Shown here in pieces: positions 55,042 to 64,000 of a DNA stretch of 64,000 nt. Positions within the stretch are counted from its first letter, which is position 1. Each line of letters starts with the position of its first letter. Source of the DNA: the human T2T-CHM13v2.0 reference genome, Homo sapiens. The translations under genes and the position numbers were made by a program. The notes below the pieces were generated by a model that was not told where the DNA came from, did not search any database, and worked only from the letters and a program-made list of their open reading frames with translations. The stretch lies in the NCBI RefSeq assembly GCF_009914755.1, contig NC_060926.1. One strand, 5' to 3'.

Positions 55042-55562
55042 TGTATCAGGATTCTCCAGAGAAACAACCAAATAAGATAGATAGAGATATAGATAAATGA
55101 GAGGGGATTTAATTTGGAAATTGGCTCACATGATTATGGAGGCTGAGAAGTCCTATGATTTGCTGTCTACAAGCTAGAGAACCAGGGAAGCTGGTGACAT
55201 AGCTCAGTCTGAGTGCAAAGGCCTGAGAACCTGAGGGGCCATCGGTGCAGGTCCTGGAGTCCGACGGCTGGAGACCCTGGAGTGCTGATGTCCAAGCGCG
55301 GGAGAAGGAGGGTGTCCCAGCTTCAGAAAAGGGAGTGAATTTGCCTTTCCTCAGCCCTTTTGTTCTATTGAGGAATTCAACTGATTGGATGGAGCCCAGC
55401 CCACACAGGTGAGGATGAATCTTCCTTCCTCACTCAGTTCACTGATCCAAATGCCAACCTCTACCAGAAACACACTCAAAGACATCCCCAGAGACAATGC
55501 TGTACCAGCTATCTGGGTATCCCTTAACCCAGTCAAGTTGACACCAAAAATTAACCATCACA
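55042..55562 (-). mobile_element. MLT2 (ERVL) solo LTR with 5-bp TSD CCCTT
   Basis: tgtatcaggattctccagagaaaca…ccagtcaagttgacaccaaaaattaaccatcaca; CCCTT at 55037-55041 and 55563-55567. Confidence 0.9.
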
Positions 55563-55578
55563 CCCTTCAATTATAACT

Positions 55579-55907
<329 letters not shown>

Positions 55908-56498
55908 TTATCAATTGATATGGGGTTAAATAATTGGGGGATAAAAAATTTGAAGCCATCTTCCCAGAGATGACAATAAACAGAAATAAACAGGTGAAAA
56001 CCCAGAAGATCTGTGGCTGCTAATCAGAGGAAGCAGGTCTGAACAGGGAACCACTTAGCTGTGGATACCAAGCAGTGTCCAACAGGTTGCTTAGCAGAGG
56101 CATAAAATCATGACTTTTCTCAGGCACTTCTCATAAATTTCTTCCCAGAGCAATCAGAGATGCTGCATCCAGTTTACTTATTCACAATTTGGGCACGAAA
56201 GAGATCTTCCTCAAGCCACGGCGAAGACAGGCTTGACAAGGAGCAGGACGGCCTTCACAGCAGCACAAATGGGAGGCCCTGTGAAATTCTCCCTGGAAGG
56301 CAGAGCTAAGAGATGTCAGCCCTGAGGCTTAGCATCCCCATAGAGGGACTGACCAGGAGCCCGGGAGTCCTGCCCCAGCTGTGTCCCTAAGTTGCTGGGT
56401 TAACCTCTGTAGAATGTGAGGATGGCCTGGTCATTTTCATTCTCGAGAGACACTGGAGAGAAAAAGAACATTTTGTGAATGATGTCGTGTGTCCACAG

Positions 56499-56578
56499 GT
56501 AACTCTGAAGCGTGAGCTGCCAGAATTCAAGGCCACCTGCTTAACAGAAGACAACTAGAAACCTCATCCATGAGCAGA
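56499..56578 (+). other. LPIN1: 80-nt alternative exon carrying the start codon of the MSR-extended isoform
   Basis: Acceptor gtgtgtccacag|GTA, donor AGA|gtaagc; ends ATG AGC AGA. Confidence 0.85.
56570..56578 (+). CDS. LPIN1: First three codons (MSR) of the MSRVQTMNYV... lipin-1 isoform
   Basis: ATGAGCAGA directly before gtaagc, phase 0; matches recalled isoform N-terminus. Confidence 0.82.
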
Positions 56579-56698
56579 GTAAGCACTGCTGTTCAGTAGT
56601 TCTATTACTGTTAAGGTGTTATGACCATTAGATAAATAATATTGTTTGGCAACTGCAAGGAAAAGAACTGCGTAAATTGGTTCCAAACATTGCCACTC

Positions 56699-57047
<349 letters not shown>

Positions 57048-57329
57048 ATTCGTCAGTGATAAGTCCATGCAATCACTGAGTGGTAAGAGCTTGAACTGGT
57101 AAAGTGATTTGATATTTTATTGGTTATCTGGATCCCAATATATCTCATTTAATTTCCTCCCAAAGCTGCTGAGATGGGGATGGTTACCTCTGTTTAACAG
57201 CTGAGGACGCTGAGGTTCAGACAGCACTCAGCCACGTGGCTGAGCTGGACTTGAATTTGAGCCTGTTGGATTCTGAACCCTAGACTTCGTGCACCTGACC
57301 AGGTTGCCTATTATTAATGAGAAGATCTA

Positions 57330-57470
57330 CAGTCATGTGCCGCATACCAATGTTCTGGTCAACTACAGACTGCGTATACGATGGTGCTCCCATCAGATTC
57401 TAATACCGTATTTTTACTATACCTCTTCTATGTTTAGATAAGTTTAGACACACATACTGACCCATTGTTT
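57330..57470 (+). mobile_element. Tigger3-derived fragment
   Basis: TA|cagtcatgtgccgcata…ggtcaac…tatacgatggtgctcccatcagatt. Confidence 0.8.
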
Positions 57471-60400
57471 GCCTCTCTGGGCCTCAGTTTTCCTATCTAA
57501 GGAAAGGGGGACTCTTAAGGGTTTTCTACTTCTGAGCTCTCCTTAGCATTCTGTCTGTGTAGCTGTTTTCTTAGCACTGGAGAATGTGAGACTTGAGATG
57601 TGCTGCTTAAGGCTGTGACAGCCCCACACTTGTTTAGCAAGGTCATGGGTCATGGCGACTCAGAGGACTGACTCACGGTGATATGCCGGGTCTTTTTGTT
57701 CCTCCTGGAATTAGAGCCCACTGTAACCGTCCACACTTCCCAGCATAGCAGCCACTGTTTCTAAGTAATGGAGTTCTCTCCTCCCGTCCCTGGTCATGTT
57801 GAGGTCTCTTTCCCTGTCCGCTCCTCGCACCTTGGTCTCTTTCTTCTTTCCTGCCTCTCTGCTGTTCTGTGTCTTAGCCCCGCTCATTATGAATTGTTCC
57901 CAATCTGACCAGAGGAGAAAGGGCGTTCCAGACCCCCTCTGGCTTCATCCAGTGGGAGACAGGCATGGGGCTTGCTGTGAGCTCCCGAGCTCCCCCGCCC
58001 ACCAGCGGCCAGCCACGGCCTTCTTTCAAGCACCTGTGCGTGCCTGACTGCTGTGCATGTGCTGCTGGCTGGCCCGTGGTTCATTCTGCTCCTTGACACC
58101 TGGCCTAGATTTGCCTAGGTCGGTGCCTGCTTAGGCCACCAAGGTCAGGTGAATCCTCTTGCTTGGGGACAGGGCAGGTCAAATCCTGCATCAGTGCACG
58201 GCCCTTCAGTTCACAGCGGCCTGAAGCACTGTGACAGTTTTTACGCGATCACAACCCAGACTGTGCACTCCCTGAGGACAGACACTGTGTCTGGTCTGCT
58301 CCCCTTTGTAGCCCCCAGTGCTCAGCCTAGGGCCTCCAAGATGCTCCTGTGTGTCCAGCTGTCAGCCTTTATCACTCTGCCACTTCCTGTGCCTCAACTC
58401 TAATCTGCAGGCCCTGCCCTAACTGTGAAGTGGGCCTCTGGATAGCCCGGGTGACCGTCAAAACCTTCTGTGCTTTGGTTCCAGCTGTTTGCTCTCCGAG
58501 GATCACTGTCCTCTCCCTGCGGAACCCAGAACCTTTTACACCTGCCTCTTCCCCATGAAACTTCCCTGCTCAGCCAGCCACAGCACCCAGGGGGCCCCAT
58601 TCCACCTTGGGTGGATTCCCAGGCTGCTCTGTTCCCTGCCACCAAGGTAGTGAAGCGGCACCAGGTGGCCCCTGGTTCCCACCTGGTTCTTAAGAGAGTG
58701 CGCAGGACAAAGTCACCTCGTGAGGGGCCCCCAACCAAGGAGTGGCCTTAGACCCCGAGGAGATGCCCTCCCTTCCCCGGAGCCCCAGGCACTGGTGCCA
58801 GGGATAAAAGTCTGCACCTCTAGGGGAAGAATTCATTGTCCTCTCTTTGGGATCCTTTCTGCCCGGGCAGTTACAGAGCTAACCATGCTCAGAGTCCTGG
58901 GGGATCAGCCAGTGTTTCTCCTTCCTACAGTAGCTCGCAGGGCACCCGTGAAGAGGGATGCTCATTCTTCCCGCCTACCTTGCCCCAGGTATTCTGGGCC
59001 TGTGCAGGTGGTTGATCTGGACAACTTCAGAGTTCTCGGGATACAACAGCTACTGTCACCAGCTGGGCTCAGCAGTGAACAGATCCTTCTGGGAATGGCC
59101 ACTCCTCAACTTATGGGGTTTTAGAATTGAAAAATCTTCCAACCCCACAACTGTGACAGCAGCTTCCCATGATGCCTTTTTCATCCTCAAAGCAGATCTG
59201 TGTCATGTGCACCTGCAGCCCATTTCCTGGATTGTGAAACTGAGCCTCTAGAATCAGGATGCTTGTGCTGGCTTTGCTAAGGCATTACTCAGCCCCTCCT
59301 TCCTCCTCCAGTCAGCTAGAGCAAGATTACTCATCCCTGGAGTTCCTTCTCCTCTTCCGAGTGCAGCTAGGTCCTGGGATTGGCCAGGGGGATCGCCTCA
59401 GCTCTCCTGGCTGAGTCACTGCTCAGTCAGGCCTGGTTGCTGATAGCACAGCCAAGGGCCCTCCCAGGGGGACTCCAGCCAGTGCCTGATCAAAAGCGCC
59501 AGGGCTTTGGAAAGTCCGGTTTCGTTTATCGCCTGGGAGTGCACTGTGATCTAGTGAGTGTTTTCTTCTCATTGCTTGTTTATACAAAAGGCTCCCCCCA
59601 ACCCTTGGCCTTCCCCGAGGTGGTAGGCTGGGCAGCAGCGGGACCTAATTTGCTCTGAATCCAGCCAGACCCTGCTCATCAGAGCTGACCCTAGCCGTGC
59701 TGGGCCCCCCAGCTCATCATTTTCAGAATGAGGGCTTTGAGTTGAATTGTCCTATATTTTCAGACCTCCCATCTCCACATTTGAATAATGGACTTATTTT
59801 ACACAAAAAATAAACTTAAGTGGCCTGAAGTTGGACTGGCTTCCTGGAAAGCCTTTCCACATAGAGTAGACTTCTTCCCAGGCCAGCTCCTCCCTGGAGG
59901 TGGGAGGGGAGGGTGCAGGAGGGCTTCCTTCTGGGGCCTTGCAACCTCAGCAGTTTTGGGCAGCCGTGATGCACTTGAAACTCTGGTCTCTGAGAAAACC
60001 CCTGTGGAGGTAGCTCACCTACAAACTGCAAGATTCTCTTTGTGTAGCTCCCACGTCTGCAATGTCAGCATGGGACAGGCTGCCTAGATAGGAGCTGCCC
60101 CAAGCCCAGCGGGAGCGTGTCCACACTTGACCAGATGGACGGGAGCCGCGCCCCTGGACAAAGTTCTCCAAGCAGCTGTCCCCAAACATCTATCTCAAGC
60201 TTGCTGGCTTATCCAATTCACTAAGCTGCCGCATTCGATGCTGTTTCTAAGCTGGCCTCCTCCCTGGCCCTCTGCATCTCAGCAGAGCAGCGGTTCCATC
60301 TCCACACTGAGACTTGCCTTTGAGTATCGCATCACACACCTCCACCGGTTCCATTCATCAGTAAGCCTGTGGGTTTTGCCTCCAAATCTCTCTGAAGTCC

Positions 60401-60576
60401 TTCCGCTTCTTGCTGAGTAGCCCCTGTAATCTGAGCCACCATCATGTCCCCCGGTTTCCTGCAGTGCCACCTGTCTGCTGGCTTCTACTCCTGCAGTCCA
60501 TTTTCCATGGAGTGGAGGGGTGACTTTTTAAAGAAGTAAATTAGATCATATAATTCCCAGGTTTAAAATTCTTTTT

Positions 60577-61033
<457 letters not shown>

Positions 61034-61589
61034 TCATAGGTGTTTCTTGTCATTTAGAGTTTCAGTTCAAATATGACACCCTCCCATTGATGGAAATCAT
61101 TTCACCACCAGACGTTATGTGGCTCATTGTTTATCCGCTGCCTGCCTCCCGGCTGGAGAGGCGCAGGGAGCTGCCTGTCCCTCCTGTTCAGAGCCACCGT
61201 TCCGCACCTGGACCACCGCTTGGCAGAGGCGGGAGTGGAGGCTGTCACCATCAGGATGAAGGACAGGGGTGGCCCGGCGTGGAGAAGCTAAGAAGAGATG
61301 GCGATAGGTCAACGCGATTGCGCCTTTAAGGTGGAAGAAACGAAGGGCGAGGGTCAGTAAAGTCAAGGACGGGCTCAGATCCCGCCACTGGTGATAAGCG
61401 GGACCCATAGGACCGACGTGATCGCGGCCAGGCCCTGGGTGGTTTACCTGGACTTTTACCTGGCTGCCTTTTCTCTGCACCCCTCCGTCCTCACTCCCCC
61501 AGTCATCGGCATAGGTCAAGTCAGAGTGTTGAAGAAACACACGAGTTTGGCTCTGGAAAGGAAAATCAGAAAGGCGGCCTAAGGGGCCC

Positions 61590-62250
61590 CACCCCCAGGA
61601 ACGCTAAGATAGGCGGCCAGGGGTGAGCGGGCAGGGCCGGCCAGCAGGCCCTGAAAGCAGCCGGGCCACCAGCGCGTCCCGAGTCCCCCTCGCACCGCCC
61701 CGCTTGCCCCGCCCCTGCCCTCTGCCCCCGCCCCTGCCCCGCCCCCGAAGGCGAGCTGCGCTGACAGCCGGCGGCGGGCTGGGTGTTTGCAATACAAAGG
61801 CGGCCACGCGCGGCGCCGCTCGGTGAGTAGCCGCCGCCTCCAGCCTCCCGCTGTGGAGCAGGGGCCGCAGCCTCGGGTTAGGCGGGGCGGGGCGCGGCGC
61901 CGGGGCGCTGAGGACGCGTGGCGAGGCGGGGGCTCGGCCCCGGGGCCCGAGGACCGACGGCCGGGCTACGTCCCCGGGGCCCTCTACGGGAAGTGGTTCG
62001 GGGGAGGGAGGCGGGGAAACAGGCCCCGGAGGCCGGGAGGGCCTCGCGAGCATCCCTCGGGCCTGGCTTTCCTGACGCGCCGCGAGGCCCGGTGTGGGCC
62101 CGGCTTGGCTGATCTCGAGCGGCGTAGGGGCCACTGGGGGCTGCCGCGCAGTCCCAGAACCGCGGGGACTAGCTCCAGCCGGCCAGCGCGGGTGCGTCCT
62201 GGCTCTGCGCGATCATCCCCAGCTTTGCGCCGGGGACTGGGATGAGAGCC
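61590..62250 (+). promoter_or_regulatory. LPIN1: CpG island, TATA-less main promoter with multiple Sp/KLF GC boxes (61695-61746)
   Basis: Very high GC and CpG density; repeated CCCCGCCC; spans first exon and start of intron. Confidence 0.92.
61756..61822 (+). other. LPIN1: Main non-coding first exon of LPIN1 (start approximate)
   Basis: Matches recalled mRNA 5' end; strong donor TCG|gtgagt at 61822/61823; inside CpG island, downstream of GC boxes. Confidence 0.88.
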
Positions 62251-62279
62251 TTTCTTTCCCCCGGAGTTAGGATTCCAGC

Positions 62280-62390
62280 GCTGCAGTTGAGGAAACTGAG
62301 GCTCAGGGAGGTTGACCTCTGTGCCCAAGGTCATACAGTTGCCGGGCGGCAGGGCAGGCTGAGCCCAGGTTGGAATCCCGGTTCTCATAT
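62280..62390 (-). mobile_element. MIR
   Basis: gaggaaactgaggctcagggaggtt…gcccaaggtcatacag. Confidence 0.75.
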
Positions 62391-63544
62391 TACAGCTCTC
62401 CCCTGCGAGGCCTCTGCACCTTTCTTGCAGCCTAGGAGGTGCTAGGCCTAGTGAGCTCCATCAGCTGCTCCTGCACGTAATTTTATTATGGGCAAGGCCA
62501 GGAAAATGCAGGATGAGAAGTAACGTTTTGGGAGTAACTTAAGTGCTGTGGAGCTAGAGTAGGTAATTTGTGTGGTCAGTAGTTGCTGGAGAAAGCAGAT
62601 GTCAACCCTGTTTTTGATCAGCAAGCAGGAAACCAACTAAGACAACTGGCAGTATTAATTTGGAGATGTTTTAGAACCCGGCAGTTTCCCACAGGATAGA
62701 AGTGTTTTGGGAAATCAAAGCTTGTAGCCGTTTTTTTAATTGGGGGTGTTGTGGTATGGTGGTCTAGGGGTAGTGATTGTGAGATTGACTGTTTATCCTT
62801 TGTTCCGTAATTTGGGTCTTATTAATGAAAGTAAGCAGTTGAGGAATGTATAGTATTTGAGAAATAAGCACATCCACACATGAACACTTTTCTTGCTCCC
62901 AGATTCTTGTTGAAAGGTGTAACAGTTGGATTTATGATTATATACTTTGATAGCACTTCACGTTTGCCAGCATTTGTTATTGAGTGTTTTTGTGCATGGG
63001 TTGTGTGTTTTGGCGCTTATTATTCCTATTTGCATGTGGGGCCCTGTGGTCCTGTGGAGCCAGGCCTGGATATAGCCCTGGACTCGGGTCGGGAGGTCTG
63101 GGCTCTGCCTGAGCTCTGTGGGACCCTGAGCGAGTTCTTTCACCCACCCAGGTCTCGCTTATCAGCAGTTCCTTTCTTTTAGAAAAGCACAGGGGGACAA
63201 GGGGCGGACCTGCTGAGTCTTGTGGTGTGGGAGAGAACGCGAGGGTTCAGGTGAGAGACCGCAGGGATTCCTGGTTGTAGGGGGGACCTTGGAAGTGACT
63301 GAGAAGGAGCCTGCCCTGGATTAGGTGGGGACAATTGGCCTGGCCCAGCCAGAAGGAAGTCTGTGGGTCCTGCTCTCCTGCTCTTTGCGTGGTCAGCTGC
63401 ACAAAGGGCCCAGAACAGACGGCAGGGGAGGGTCAGGAGATGAAAAGATATTTCAGAAGAAGGTCCTGAGGCCACCGTGGTCTGAGATGCGCCGAGGCCG
63501 GCACAGAGCACTGGGCTTTGCAGTTGTTGTTCTGACCACTCACA

Positions 63545-63690
63545 GATGTAGAACTTGGGCAGAAGACTTCAATCCTCTGAGCCTCAGTTTTCCCATCTGT
63601 AAAATGAAGGGATAATCATACCCATTCACAGGATTGTTGCAAAAATTAATTGAGATAAAAAAGAGCCCCTGGAACATAATATGGGGTCCA
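63545..63690 (+). mobile_element. MIR
   Basis: ctctgagcctcagttttcccatctgtaaaatgaagggataat. Confidence 0.8.
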
Positions 63691-64000
63691 CGAATCATTG
63701 TGGTTGTTATGATTTTAAAGTGCCACAGGGTGCCAGCGAGGAGGGGCTCTTTGTGGGGTTGGGACAGTCCTGGCTGACGCCGGCCTCTGCTCTGTAAATC
63801 ATCCCTGTGGGACACCCCCTCCCCCTGCCTGCCACCTCTCTTCCGGTTGGCTTTTCCGGACCATCTGTGTACTGGGTTCAAGGCCTAAAAGGTACCTAAA
63901 TGAGGTTAATTGATTTGGGCAAGCCTGCCAATGGGGGTAGTCGAGGGGTACAGGCAGCTTTTTCCTTAGGGTGGGAGGGGGCTGTTGCACGGATGTCGGC

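Noticed and set aside
61579-62445. Overlapping Arg/Gly/Pro-rich ORFs
   Set aside because: Stop-codon scarcity in a CpG island; they cross the exon 1 donor and many lack an ATG start.

Overview
Primate (most likely human) genomic DNA, repeat-rich and almost entirely intronic. I recognise it as the 5' region of LPIN1 (lipin-1, phosphatidate phosphatase; human 2p25.1) on the + strand. The assignment rests on recalled isoform sequences, not a database search. Four LPIN1 5' exons fall in the window: (i) a 57-nt phase-0 coding exon (28899-28955, IPIMRDPGWIQNVWSSNIN) of the long N-terminally extended isoform; (ii) a probable alternative first exon ending at 39790; (iii) an 80-nt exon (56499-56578) ending ATG AGC AGA, which gives the 'MSR-VQTM' isoform; (iv) the main non-coding first exon ending at 61822 in a CpG island. 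The first common coding exon (MNYVGQL...) lies beyond the window. The rest is Alu, L1PA, old L1M, L2, MIR, LTR and DNA-transposon remnants plus microsatellites. Almost all ORFs in the track are repeat-derived or chance. I see no new protein-coding system. The most interesting signals are: the 80-nt exon has an AG|GTAACT recursive-splice-type start and an in-frame stop for the long isoform; a rearranged Alu composite just downstream splits an ancestral palindrome and offers competing RNA pairings around that exon; a locally templated insertion sits in a MER30; a CRE/AP-1/E-box cluster lies in a repeat-free CpG-rich intronic block; a uORF fills the end of the middle first exon; and there is a twin-primed L1 with a large internal deletion. 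Repeat subfamily names and boundaries of old repeats are approximate.
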